A stretch of 64,000 nucleotides of DNA from the human T2T-CHM13v2.0 reference genome, Homo sapiens, in assembly GCF_009914755.1 (NCBI RefSeq), contig NC_060930.1; one strand, 5' to 3'. The notes beneath the pieces are model-generated. The model did no database searches and was not told the DNA's origin. It saw only the letters and a list, made by a program, of their open reading frames with translations. Position numbers and translations under genes: made by a program. Of the stretch, positions 25,878 through 38,594 are shown one piece after another. How positions within the stretch are numbered: the stretch's first letter is position 1; each line of letters opens with the position of its first letter.

Positions 25878-26587
25878 TCAAACTGCCATTGAAAAATTAT
25901 AACTGAGACAGTGAAAGCGATTTGGCCTAACCAACTCCATCTTACTTCTAACCTCCAAGCTATCCTTATTCATTCCTTTGCAAAGGTCAAACTAATTTTG
26001 TCAGGAACTTAGTTTGTTGTTTAAAACAAAGACAATAACAGCCCTTTACCAAAACAAATATCCTTTTTACCTGGGGACTAAATTGCCTTTGTAGGACTAA
26101 CAAATTAGCCAAAAGATTAGAAATTATGGTTTAGGAGTCATGCAGCTGGAGGCTACAAGATTCTGACCCTCTCCAAATTGCTCCTAGGGATAACATCACT
26201 ATTGTAAAATCTAAGATCAGTGCTTGAGATATTTTGCAGGCTCTGCACTTGATGAATCAACTGGCAGCACCCAGATCAATAAACTGACTCATCTTATCTT
26301 GTGGCCCCTACCCAGGAACGGACTCAGCAAAAGAAGACAGCTTCAACTTGCTCTGATTTTATCTCTGCTCCCATCAATCAGCACTCCTGACTCAGTGGCC
26401 CCTACCCACCAAATTATCCTTAAAAACTCTGATCCACGAATGCTCAGGGAGAGTGATTTGAGTAATAATAAAACTCTGATCTCCCACACAGCCAGCTCTG
26501 TGTGAATAATTCTGTATTGCAAATTCCCTGTCTTGATAAATTGGCTTTTTCTAGGCAGTGGCAAGTTTAACACGTTGGGTGTTTACA
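25878..26587 (+). mobile_element. LTR8 (HUERS-P1 5' LTR)
   Basis: AAATTATAACTGAGACAGTGAAAG..ACTCCATCTTACTTCTAACCTCCAAGC..GAGTAATAATAAAACTC..TTACA end; followed by a PBS. Confidence 0.88.
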
Positions 26588-27335
26588 AATTTGGGGGCTC
26601 AGCAGAGGTTGCCCTTGGGACTATTTGCCTGTGGTTTAGGAGCCTCACTTCAGTGATGGATCTGGAGGCCAGCCAAGTGGCCACCTAGTTCTCTTGGACT
26701 GGGGGCTGACTCTGACACTGTTTCTACCAGTGGGTCATTGCCAACCCAATGTGCATGGATTTGATTACAATAGAGAAATAGTCTTGGGAAGACATCCCAT
26801 AACTCTATCCCCATTATGAGGAGTCTGTAGTCCCATAATGGAGTGCCTGTAGATGTATTCTGATTATGGAGTGTCTAATTTGGTGAGTATTCTAGTTGCT
26901 GCCAATACCTCCTTTCTTCTCCTGATTGGTCCAGATCCTTCAGCGTCTTGGTTTGGCACCTTTGGGAGTCTCAATTGGCTCTTCCTAATTAATAGAAATA
27001 GTCTTGGTTTGAGAGATTTCTCCTCAATCTGGAAGGTTTGAAGGAGGTAAATGGAAAATGGAAAATGGAAATGGGAAAATAAGAGGTTAGTTTGGAAGGA
27101 ATACTCTTAGAACTTTTGGTTAGGGATCTTGGTTTGGAAAGCCTTCGGTCTGTCTTGTCTTTGTTGTGTTTGTATGTGTTGAGAGGATCTCTGAAGGAAT
27201 TGCTGATGGAAATCCAGCAGGCATAACTCAGAGAACCCTTTGTAAGTCTCGTCAAATTCCATGAGCCCTGAAGAAAGCTCAGGAGTTCTGACTTCGGGTG
27301 ACCATTCTCTATTCTCCTGACCCAGAGACAACCCA
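26588..27335 (+). mobile_element. HUERS-P1-like internal leader, truncated
   Basis: Follows LTR8 and PBS; splice-donor-like TTGGTGAGTA near 26880; ends abruptly at an opposite-strand LTR. Confidence 0.75.
26592..26609 (+). promoter_or_regulatory. Degenerate tRNA-Pro primer binding site
   Basis: TGGGGGCTCAGCAGAGGT just after the LTR end, versus PBS-Pro TGGGGGCTCGTCCGGGAT. Confidence 0.75.
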
Positions 27336-28261
27336 TTGATCAGGGGTTTCTCATTTACCTAGCCTGCAGCTTTCAACTCCTCATGGGAGGGAGCATGCAA
27401 GTGAACGAGGTGGGAACTGGAATGCATGAACTCTGGAAACAACCACCCACTTCGGAGCTGACAGGAGCAAACTTCAATCACTCAGACTTCCTGCGCTTCA
27501 TCCATCATGAGAGGGAGCACACAGGTGAGTGCATGTAGAAGCCAGAGCGAGTGCTCTTGGGTTCTGGCAGGCATAAACTCTGTGCAGGCCCTGTGACAGC
27601 AAATGGGGGTTTCCTGTGACCCCTGAAGCTCCAGAGGGAGTGTTAAATTGCTCTTCTAGCTCTGCCATCCATGGACGGCTTAAGTGTTACCAGCTCTGTG
27701 GGCCCTCTGCCTTTTCACATGAGGTGGCTGCCTTCTGCTAGTGAGGGCAAAGGGCAAGTGTGACAGCCTTTTGTATCCACACATGTGGCACCTGAGCTCT
27801 TGTCTGGCATTCAGGAGAAATTAGGTCGCATGAAGAAATTGAAGGATAGTAAATGTGGGAGGTTATATTGCCAAAGAAAGTGGTTCTCTGCAGGAAGGGA
27901 ACCTGAAAATGGGATGGGGCAGGAAGTTAATCTTTCCCTGAAGTCCGGCCATCTTTGACCAGATTCTTCTCCAAAGTTATGACATCTCGCTATCCTTCTG
28001 AAGTCAAGCCAATTTTCTCCAAAGTCCAGTAGTAGTCTTTGACATCCAGCTGCTTCTCCTCTCTCTGCCAGCTGAGTCTGGGTTTTTTTAGTCGCAGTAT
28101 GGGTGGAGCGGGGCCATGGGTGTTTTTGAAAAAGACAACATTTAAGCAGAAAAACAGGGATGTAAGTTTTCACTTTGAGCCATGGTTTCAGGCTTGAGGA
28201 TGGGATTTTGTTGGGGACCACCTTGTTCTGCCTAGAATTTCTCTGCCTCCTCTTCCTATTA
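27336..28261 (-). mobile_element. 3' LTR of HUERS-P3/MER52-like provirus (LTR1/27/28 family), last ~35 bp missing
   Basis: Minus-strand start TAATAGGAAGAGGAGGCAGAGAAATTCTAGGCAG preceded by polypurine tract AAGAGGAGGGAAA (28262-28274); colinear with 35142-35673 and 48836-49673. Confidence 0.85.
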
Positions 28262-28379
28262 TTTCCCTCCTCTTAAGAGACACATCTAACTGCAGTTAGA
28301 ATATGGATGATGACCAATCATAGCTACTCCCTGCTTACAGGGGACATTGCTTTGGGGAGAATTCCTCCCTGAGGAATTC

Positions 28380-28530
28380 CTCCCAGAGGTCTACCTAAGG
28401 TTCCTGGGCAGAAGGGAGCCATCATCTGAGGCTCCAGTTGCCTGATCATTTGGAGTTTAATGGCCTCTAGACAAGAAGAAACAAATTTTACAAGGTTAAG
28501 TATGCATAGATCAAATATGTGTATTATACA
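28380..28530 (-). pseudogene. env: env TM C-terminal remnant (rest of env absent)
   Basis: Manual translation IFDLCILNLVKFVSSCLEAIKLQMIRQLEPQM resembles the HERV-W/ERV9 TM tail. Confidence 0.75.
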
Positions 28531-28739
28531 AAAAAGGAGTTAAGAGGAAAGAATCTATTGCCAAAGATTACAGAAATAAAAAGTGAAATATACTAATTCT
28601 GAAATTATTCGATCTGGTATAGAACAGATCGAAGGTAAGAATAACAAGCATAGGCAAGACTATAAAAAGGATACCAATGGGAGGTTAATTATTAACACTA
28701 ATCTTTTGTAAGTTTTAGCTCGAGGTCACCGATATCTTC

Positions 28740-31700
28740 ACATTGGTACTTTGGATGCTCTTCTGGGTTGACAGGGTAATTCTGTTAACTTCCCAGTCCT
28801 TTACTCAGCTATAATGAATCCAATAATCTATTCCAGTGACCTTCACTACCATATGAGTAGAAAGAAGTATGGTGTAAGGTCCCTGCCAGTCTGGGCTTAT
28901 AGAGAGAGCAAGAGAAGGAAGTACCTTTACCAGTACTAGATTCCTTGGGTTGAATTGAGTGGGCCTAGTTCATCGGATTGGGCCTCCATCAGTTGTTTCA
29001 GTTCCTCTTAGATATGGCACAACAAAATTATATGTTTAATTAAATCAGAGGTTTCTTAGTCTAGCAAAAAACATCAGTGAGATAAGGCCCTCCATATATC
29101 ATTTCAAACGGACTCAAACCTAACTTTGAAGGGGTGTTTCTAACATGTAGTAGGGATATGGGGAGGATAGTCCAAGGGATATCAATCTCCTGAGACAGTT
29201 TCCTGAAGTGTCTTTTGATAATATCATTTTTCATTTCTAACTTTCCCAAGGATACTGGTATCCAAGCACAATGAAGATGGTACTGTATGCCTAGTGCCTT
29301 TGAGACTCCCTGGGTGACAGCTGCCTTGAATGAGGGTCCATTATCACTCTAGAGGTACTTAGGAAGTTCAAAACAAGGAAGTATCTAATTAATTAATATC
29401 TTAATCTTCTCAGAGGTATTCTCTGTTCAACATAGAAATGCTTCTACTCAGTTAGTAAAAGTACCTATCCATACTTGGAGGTACTAGATGCCCCTTACCA
29501 TTGGCATACTGGTGAAATTCATTTGCCAGTCTTTCCCTGGGTAGCCAACTGTCCTTTGGGTTCCTGCGGGAAGAAGGCATCAGTTGAGGGGATTCTTTTT
29601 AAGGCAAGTCTGGAAAGCATTAAAAACCTATTTAACCACTTGTATCAGGTTTTTACCTGAGAAAAAGATCTGGACCAGTTGATAGGTTTTATCCTTACCT
29701 AGGTGGAAGGCCTGGTGAAGGCTTTTGAGGACTTTCTATTGGTTGGCAGCCAGTAGATGAAGCTTGGCATCCTCTCATTTTAGCCATCCTGAGGACTGAA
29801 AGATATATCCCCAAGAGGTGGCCCATTCTATTTTTGCAGATCATTGAGGTTTTATTTCACTTATGAAGCCCTCTCAGATCAGTGGGGCTTCAAGTGACTC
29901 CTAAATGTGGACCCCTTTTGCTGCTGATTTAGCCACTTGGTCTATCAACGTATTTCTCTTGGCTATTTTATCCAATCACTTTTTGGTGGCATTTACAATG
30001 TATTACTGCCACTTTTCATGAGAGGATAACCTAGGATAATAGTCTACTAATTTCCTGATGGTATTTAATGGGAGACTTGTTAGCTGTGAGGAAGACTATG
30101 CTGACTAGAATCAGCATAAATGTGAACCATTTTCCCTTGTTTCGGTGCCCCTGTGAACACAATTAGCTCATCTAGTTGAACACTTGTGCCTGAAGAGAGA
30201 GACATGCTCTTAACAATGTCATTCAGAGTAACTATTGCATACTTTGCTTTATGGATTCCTTGTTCTACAAAAGAACTGTCCATAAAGGTAATCCAGTCTT
30301 GTTTCTCTAATGGTGTTTCTTTGAGGTCCTCTCTGGACACATAGGTTTGTACTGCTGTCTGTTCACAGTCATATTCAAGCTCTCCAGCTTCCTGTGGAAG
30401 GAAAGTGGCTGGATTTAGGGACTAGGGACAGCTTGTTAAGTGGAATGCAGACCCTATAATAGCAGAGCTAGCTTGTTACCTGAAGAGGCAGTTGTCCATT
30501 AGCCATAGACAAGACAGCAGTCTTGCCACATTATGTGGAGTATAAACAGTTAAGTTATTTCCTATGGTTGACTTAGTAGCCTCCCGTACCAGCAAAGCTA
30601 CTGCTGCAACTGCCCAGAGACAGGCTGGCCATCTTTTGGCTACAAAAACAAGTTCCTTACTTAAATACCCTACAGGCTGCTGGGCTGGACCCCGAGCCTG
30701 GGTTACAACTCCCAGGAGCATTCACTTCCTTTCTGACACGTAAAAGTTAAAAATATTTCCTATGGAAAAACTTATGACTGGTGCCTTAAGCAAGCCTTGT
30801 TTTAGTTAGTCAAGGGCCTTTCTAGCCTCTGGTTCCAAAATTAAAGAGTAGGTATTAGCTGCTTAAGTCTCTTTTATTAGGTGATATAAGGGATGAGCTA
30901 TTTCACTGTAGCCAAGGATCCATAGTTTGGAGAATCCCATAATATCTATGAATCCCCTCAGTTGCTTGAGGGTTTGGGGAGGGAAAAGGAGAAGTCAGGC
31001 TTAATCTTTTCTTCCTCCAATTTCCAGGTCCCCTCTGAAAAGACCAGACCTAGTCACTTCACTGAAGCTTGACAGAGATAAGCTTTAGATTTTAAAACCT
31101 TATATCCTCTGTTAGCCAGAAAAATTAAGAAGAGCCTTACTGCTCTCTTGAGAGATTTCCTCGGTTGGAGTGCACAGAATAATGTCAACTACATATTGTA
31201 AAACTTTACCCTGATGATAAACAAACTCAGAGAGGTCTTTTGATAAGGCCTGCCCAAACGAAGTGGTGAGTGTTTCAGAATACCTGAGTAACATCATCCA
31301 GGATAAATGGGTGATTTGGTTAGAGAGATCCTCAAATGTAAACAAATACTGTCAGTCAGGGTGTAATGGTATTCAGAAGACATTTTTTAGGTCCAGGACT
31401 ATGAACCATTTAGTTCCCTCAGGTGTTTGAGCTAGCAGGGTGTATGGATTGGGAACCACCTGGTGAATTGAAACCACAACCTCATTAATGAGTTGAAGGT
31501 CCTGAAGTAGTCTCCATTTCCCATTGGGTTTTTGTACCCCCAACATTGAGGTATCACAAGGTCTGTTTTAGGGTTTGAGGAGGCCCTGCCACCTTCAATT
31601 ACCAATGATGGCTTCTAGTTCTTTCCTAACTTCTGGTTTCACAGAGTATTGTTTCTGGTTAGAAAAGGGGTTGGGATCCTTAAAATGGATCTGGACCTGT

Positions 31701-32130
31701 ATGGCAATTTTGGCTCAGCCAATTTTCCCTTGAATTGCCCAAACTTCTAGGTTAATATTGGTATTTACTAGGAAGAAACAAAGAGTTTGTACTGAAGCCA
31801 TCAGGTGGTCTCCATATGGACCAAAATATCCCTGTCAAACAGAGGAGTTGGGCTTTCAGGCATAATTAGAAAGGCACAAGTGAACAAGAGGTCTCCCCAC
31901 CAACAACTAAGGGATTAGGAAAAAATATCAGGTTAAAGACCTTCTTGAGACACCCCACATGGTCATGCTAAGAAAGTAGAGGGGGCCAGAATTGGAGAAA
32001 ATAACCAAGAGACCAGCCCCGGTGTCCAGAAAGAGGTCTACTTTCCTTCCTTCAGTTTCCAGAATTACCCAGGGCTCCTGGATGTTAATGGTGATCTGGA
32101 CCATCAGAGCCAGGGAGAGAAGCCCCACGA
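28740..32130 (-). pseudogene. pol: Gammaretrovirus-like pro-pol (PR, RT, RNase H, IN), many stops and frameshifts
   Basis: PR FLDTGA (31928-32128); RT LQYVVDIIL (mutated YVDD); QPVGYLSKEL; RNase H; IN LLHVRNTPSKLGLSPFEMIYG. Confidence 0.92.
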
Positions 32131-32134
32131 CTCC

Positions 32135-33597
32135 TCATTCCTACTGGACCATTTGGGAAATTGGCTCTGGGCCCAGTGACCAGCATCCCTGGGGGAAGTT
32201 CACCTTCCAGTAATCCTCACTGTAGATTGAACAGGGTCAAGATGGGTTTTTCATGCTGCCTAGGCAATCCTCCCTAAAATGCCCTGATTTACCAAATCTG
32301 TAGCTGATAACAAGTGCACCTCAGAGATTCTGGGGCTTGTGGGCTTCCATGGTGGCCATTAAAGTTTCTACCTCTTTCCTTTGTCTTCTCTCTCTCTCTC
32401 TGGGGTCTTCTTGTATCTATTATAAAAGACCAGGGTGGCCACTTTCAGGAGGTTCTCTAAAGTACTGTCTGGTCCCAGGACCTGTTTGTATAGTTTCCTC
32501 CTGATATCAGGGGTTGCCTGAGTAATAAATTTATCCTTTAGGATTAGTTGTCCTTCAGCTGAATCAGGAGGTAGAGAGGTGTGCTTTACCAAGGCCTCTC
32601 TTAGCCTTTTCAGGAAGGCAGTGGAATCTCATCAAATTCCTCATCTATTATGGATAGCTTGGTATAAACAAGAGGCTTGGTTCTAGGCCCATGTAAGCCC
32701 TCCATTATGCACACCTGAAAGTGTCTTCTCTTCCATTCTCCCTTCTCATCATTGGGATCCCGTTTAGGGTCATTCAATGGTACTACTTATCTTCCAGTTG
32801 GATAAAGTTTGACCCCTTCTCTGACAGTATATGCGATACAAATCTCATTCTTAAATCTCTCTGCTGCTTGTGGAGTGGACCGCTTCTCAATGTTAGTCAG
32901 GGTTTGATTCAAAAGTAACATAACACCTTTGCAGGTGAGTTAAAATACTTGGCTTAAATTCTGGATAGCCTCTAAATATCTGTCAGGGTCATCAGAAAAC
33001 TTACCAAGATGCCCCTTACTTTGCTTTAAGTCCTGTAGAGAGAAGGGGACCTGGATCTTACTGGGGCCAAATTGACCAGGCATCTTTTGGAGGGGCAACA
33101 GTGAGACTGGGGCTTATCTAGGATGAGGATTTCTAGGAGAGGGCAAGTGCGAGTGAGAAACTGAATAGGGAAGATGGAGTGGACCCAGAGGAACAGGGAC
33201 AGACAGAGCTGACCGTCCTGCTTGAGGTGCCTCTGGAGTTTGTTTCTTTAGTTTCCTGATATTGGGCAGCCTCTCCTGAGATGGCAACATGGAGGGCTTG
33301 ATCAATCCTACACTGTTGACAAAGGCCTGGATTATTACCCTGAAGGGTAAAGAAAGCCTGCACATATGGGGCCTCAGACCACTTGTCTTCATATTTACAG
33401 AAAAGGTCCAACTGCAGGATGGTATGAAGATGAATGGGTCCTTCCCGAGTCAGTCCTTCTAGCAGATTATAATTTGGCTAAGCCTTTGTGCAAAACACAT
33501 TTTTGCTCCAGAGTCTAAGGATCAAAGCAGCCCCCGTGATTCAAAATACACTTCGGAGAAATATAGACTGAGGATGGTGAAGATAGTTGGTCACCCA
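32135..33597 (-). pseudogene. gag: HERV-W/ERV9-related gag, decayed
   Basis: Start MGDQLS..CILNH..FDP; DLFCKYEDKWSEAPYVQAFF; DSAEGQLILKDKFITQATPDIRRKL..VFYNR. Confidence 0.92.
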
Positions 33598-33988
33598 TTC
33601 TGAAGAGGAAAATAGATGTCCCACATTTCCCTTCCCTCTTTCAGCAAAAACTCAGCATGTGGGAGAGAAAGAATACAGGATTCCCTCTTTTCTGTTTTGT
33701 CTTTTTATCCCAGAGACCTGGAGACCTTAGACACCACCCATGGGTGCCGTTGTGGCCTGCACTCATAAAGCAGGAAGGCCCTAGGGAAAAGGAATTATTC
33801 ACACACACACCTACACCTCCATCCCCAATTTTTGGGTTCCCTGAGCCTTATCTATACCATTGAGCATGGCCTATTTCCAAGAAGAGAGGGCGTAATCGGC
33901 AGAAACTAGTCCTGCCAATTTACACTGTGCCTGTGGCCTGGCTTTGGATCCGTCAGATCTGATTTTTCTTTCAAGTGGGAGAAGAATC

Positions 33989-34292
<304 letters not shown>

Positions 34293-35121
34293 GAAGAAAC
34301 TCTTGCTCTATGAATATGGGTTCCTTGAATCACCCTATTCTTCCCGTGGGTTGGACCGAGCTGGACCCCTCAGACAGAGGAGAAAAGACTCTTTGGGCAT
34401 GTGGCAGAAGGGGACTGCAAGTGGGAAACACTGGTCAACGGGCTGCATGGGGCCCCTGGCGCCCTAGAGTGTCTTGGGGCCCTGGCAGCGGCTGCGGGTC
34501 TCACCCACCCCACATGGCCATTGGGTGTGGCAAGTGCATGCTGCGAACACACCCAAGTACCCCAGCTGGGAGGGGAGAAGGTAAGGAGGGAGCCACTGTG
34601 TGCTGCACTCACCGTTGGGGAGGGGGTTGGGATGGCATCTCTAAGAACAAATGGAAATCACATTTTCTGAACTGCATATCTGGTGGCTGGCCCAAATGCC
34701 CATTTTACCTAATAACATTTCTGCAGTTTGTAGCAAAACCCTTAACATTATAAAAGAAGAGATAGGAGCCATTTCACACCCTGAAAGAAGAACGGAAAAG
34801 ATGCGACAGAAAAGTCTGGTTGTCAGGTGGTTGAAGACAGGGCCCAGTCTAGGGGACTTCCAGCAATGCTAAAGAGTGTCTTTGGCCAGATGACTTCAGA
34901 GTAGCTCCAGGACTTTATTCTGGTCCCACATGATAGGTAGACCTTCATGAAGGGACACTGAGCCAACCTTTCTTTCACCTGAAAGAGAGATATGGCAGGG
35001 TTGCATCCTGTTATCTGAAAATGGCATAGCTCAGAGGAAAGTCTGAGGACAAGAAGTCTTGGGAAAAAAGTAAAGACACAGATCCAGTATATCTGCATTT
35101 ATTTATTCACCCTTCTGATAC

Positions 35122-35139
35122 ATCCCAGACATATCCCTA
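35122..35139 (-). promoter_or_regulatory. Degenerate tRNA-Pro primer binding site
   Basis: Minus strand TAGGGATATGTCTGGGAT next to the LTR CA end. Confidence 0.7.
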
Positions 35140-35141
35140 GA

Positions 35142-35673
35142 TGAAGCGGGATATTTCCGTGACCCCTCGTGGGACCCTTGACAGGGGTGCCTCATTTACC
35201 CAGTCCACAGCTTTCAGCTCCTCATGGGAGGGAGCATGTGAGTGAATGAGGTGGGAACTGGAGTGCATGAATGGAACTAGTCAGCCACTTCAGTGATGGC
35301 AGAAGTAAACTTCACTCACTCAGACCTGCTGCATTCCACACCTCATGGGAGGGAGCTCATGGGTGAGTGGGTGCAGAAACCAGGACTAGTGATTTTGGGC
35401 ACCAGCAGGAGCAGATTCCATGCATGCCCCGCAGCAGCATCTGGGGGGCGAGGGTGCAACCCCTGAAGCCCCAGAGGGAGTGTTACAGTGCTCTGTAAGT
35501 TCTGCTGTCCACAGGTGGCTTAAGAGTTAACAGCTCAGTGGGTCCTCTGACTTCTCATGTGAGGTGGCTGCCTTCTGCCAGTGAGGGAAAAGGGCAAGTG
35601 TGACAACCTTTTGTATCCACACTCATGTCACCAAAGCTATTGTGTGACATTCAAGAGAAATGAGATTGCACAA
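35142..35673 (-). mobile_element. 5' LTR of HUERS-P3/MER52-like provirus, U3 truncated
   Basis: Aligns to 27340-27830; homology stops at about 35673. Confidence 0.85.
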
Positions 35674-36247
35674 ACTCCTACTCTGTCATAGAAAGCCATA
35701 TATGTACCAGTGAAAAGGGGGCCCCGCATGACTATCTCCATTTTGCTTCTAACTCTTCCTCTCCCTGTGGTGATAACTTTTAGGATAAATCCTTTTACTT
35801 ATCTCTGCTTGTAAGAAAAACTAACAATGGGAGTAACTTAGTTTTTAGTGTAACTTTAAGGCAAGAATGATAATAGTCCTTTCCCCAAACTAAACCTTGA
35901 GGATATAAAGAGGGCGTACACACAAATAAAAATGTTATGCTAAAGTTTTGTAAGAGCACTGTGACCGGATCAAGAACAAAGAAGTTTCACAATCTCTTCA
36001 GACCCTCACTGCTGCATAGATGTTTGTGGTCATCAATCATATCTTGACCTCAACCTCCTCCCTCTTTCCTCTTCCCCTAACATAAAAGGTATCTAAAATT
36101 CATATTAAGATGGTTCCTTAGGATGGAAGTCCACCATCTTCTCGTTTTGCTGGCTTTCTAAATAAAGTCAACTCTTTGCTCCATCAACTAGTCCCTTGAC
36201 TTATTGGCTGCCATACAGTGAGCTGTAAAAGTTTTGACTTGGTTACA
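35671..36247 (+). mobile_element. ERV1 (MER4-group) LTR with LTR8-related U3 motifs, subfamily not assigned
   Basis: CTCCATTTTGCTTCTAAC, AACTTAGTTT..GATAATAGTCCTTTCCCCAAAC, TATA-like CATAAAAG, AATAAA near 36161, GGTTACA end. Confidence 0.7.
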
Positions 36248-38594
36248 ATATAGTATTTTTATTTTGGAGAAAAAATCCAAACTGATTTCCCATTTTTTCA
36301 ACTTTTAATTAAAAATTATAAATTTAACTTTAACGGTTTGCTCATGTAATCAGAATTTACTGCTTCTCTTTACTGGTAATTTTAAAAGAGTAAAATTAAT
36401 TTTTATAGAAAAATCTACCATATGAAGTAAGAACATAATTATATTTTATGTGTTAAATTATATATTGTTACAGAAATATGTTTATTAAACTTTATATATG
36501 TAGAGAAAATTCAGAGTTAATTTTAGGCCTTTAATTTGTTTAAAGTTATAAATAGAAAAATCTAATTTGCATTAATAGTAATCTTTATCCTCTTACCAGT
36601 AGTAAAATATTTCCACAAAATTCCAAAGTAATCTTGAATGTTAGTAAACATTGTAAAATTAGTAATAAAGGTGTTTATTGGCTTATGAAAGTAAATAAAA
36701 TAAATATTTAGATTCCATTAAAGTACTTATAATATGCACCACATGGATTCAAGTCTCATTTCTACTCTCATTTTTTCTCTTTGCCATTCAGTGTCCCCAT
36801 CTGTCCCATGCAGATCCTACATTACAGCTGCAGCCTCATGGCTACCTCTTAATTAACTGCCTCTGTGACTAATGTAAGTAATTTTTCTTCTTCACAAAAA
36901 TTAATTTAATAAAATTTACAAGAAAAATTTAATAAATGAGCTATAAACCTAAAGTTAAAAATTTTAAGCATTCTATGGAGTCAAACTTAGAGCTTAAGAT
37001 ACATTGTTGTGTTTTTTTAGTTGATTGTAATACATTGCTGATAAATGTTTCATTATTATTATTATTGTTATTTAAACTTTGTTTCAGTGACCGTATTTTT
37101 GAGGTATACCTCCCCACAAACAAATAAATAACCTATAAATATTTCCACAAAATTTTTAAGATATTTTTATTTATTTATTTTTAAGATATTTTTATGTGAA
37201 AATAATAGATTACTTAGGGGTGTCTTCTGTAAAGGACTTTTCCCGTACCTTAGCTGACATATCGTGCTGGGTATTTTATTAAACATTGTTTTGTAGCCTA
37301 TATATCTACTAGAATACTAGGTATTTTCATTTTGGTCTATTGTCATCCTATCATGACAAGTATTTGGGGTTTACTATAAAAAACTATAGCCTTCTGGATA
37401 AGAAAAGTATCCATTTGATTGTCCAAGGTAATGCTAACATCCAGCGGCTTCACTAGGTTAATTGGAGGTCTTGCCTAATGCTGCAGTAAATATACAGTAG
37501 ATAGCTCTCTAAATTGCTTAATTGAGAAAGTAATGTAAAAGATACAATGAAATGCATTTGTCATTGGAATTATCTGTGATGCTTCAAAATAAATCTAATA
37601 TCATCTATGAGCACATTATTCACACAAGGGAAAACATATTGCTTTCAAATTCCTAATATTGTCCTAAAGAAGGGTGGTGAATTATCTTCCTTGTTACTCA
37701 TGCCTCTGTAAAGCTGTGCATGTCTGTGGTTACAGCGATTGCAGAAATAATAATGGTGATAATAAAGTGCAATTTTTGAGCTGCCTTTGAAGACAGCAAG
37801 GCAGTCCTTTCACAATACATCTTTGAAAAAAATTATCTTGTCCATTACCTATTCCAAGTTCTGGCTTCCTAATTTCTCCCTCCTTTTGATGTTTCTCATT
37901 CTTCTAGCTTTCTTTTATTTCACACAGTTTAAATACTTACTTAAAAATATAGCCAATTAGATTTTCTGAAACAAATCCTTAGTGACTTTCTAATTGAAAC
38001 TTTATTTTCATTAAGGGGAATAGTAGACAAATATTCACTATGTAAATACCTAATGGATACTGTTCTTGCATTAGTTGTATTAACAGCAAAAGCTACTTGT
38101 TTCCCCACTTGAATGCTTTTCTTCAAGGCTAATTTGCAAAAATCATTAAATGTGGGTATGAAAACTTGTAAAACATTCCTTCATCAACTAGCATCCATTT
38201 ATTTGTCACTGCATTAATTATAATCCCTCACATTATTTATTCTAATTTCTTATTTCCTCTAAGAAAATCAACACTTTTGTATATACTTTTTATTCTTTCC
38301 CCATTGTTTTTAATCTAAATTCACAAAGAAGTTTTTTTAAAAATATGTTTTAAAATTTAAGTACACTCACTACTACCATGATATATACAAAAGCTGCCTA
38401 TTATGTATAATTGTTTTTGGCAAAAGCAAAATAAGTTAATGTGTATATTATATCTGAGAAAGTAATATAAGCATCAAATAATTAAAAACTAATTATCTTA
38501 ATTTCAAAACAAGTCCCTTTTTACTTCTCTTTAAGACAAATTCAAAAATATGATACAAATACAAGCTACTATAATTATCCACATTGTATAATCT

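Noticed and set aside
37150-37195. 19-bp direct repeat ATTTTTAAGATATTTTTAT
   Set aside because: Ordinary slippage duplication in AT-rich DNA
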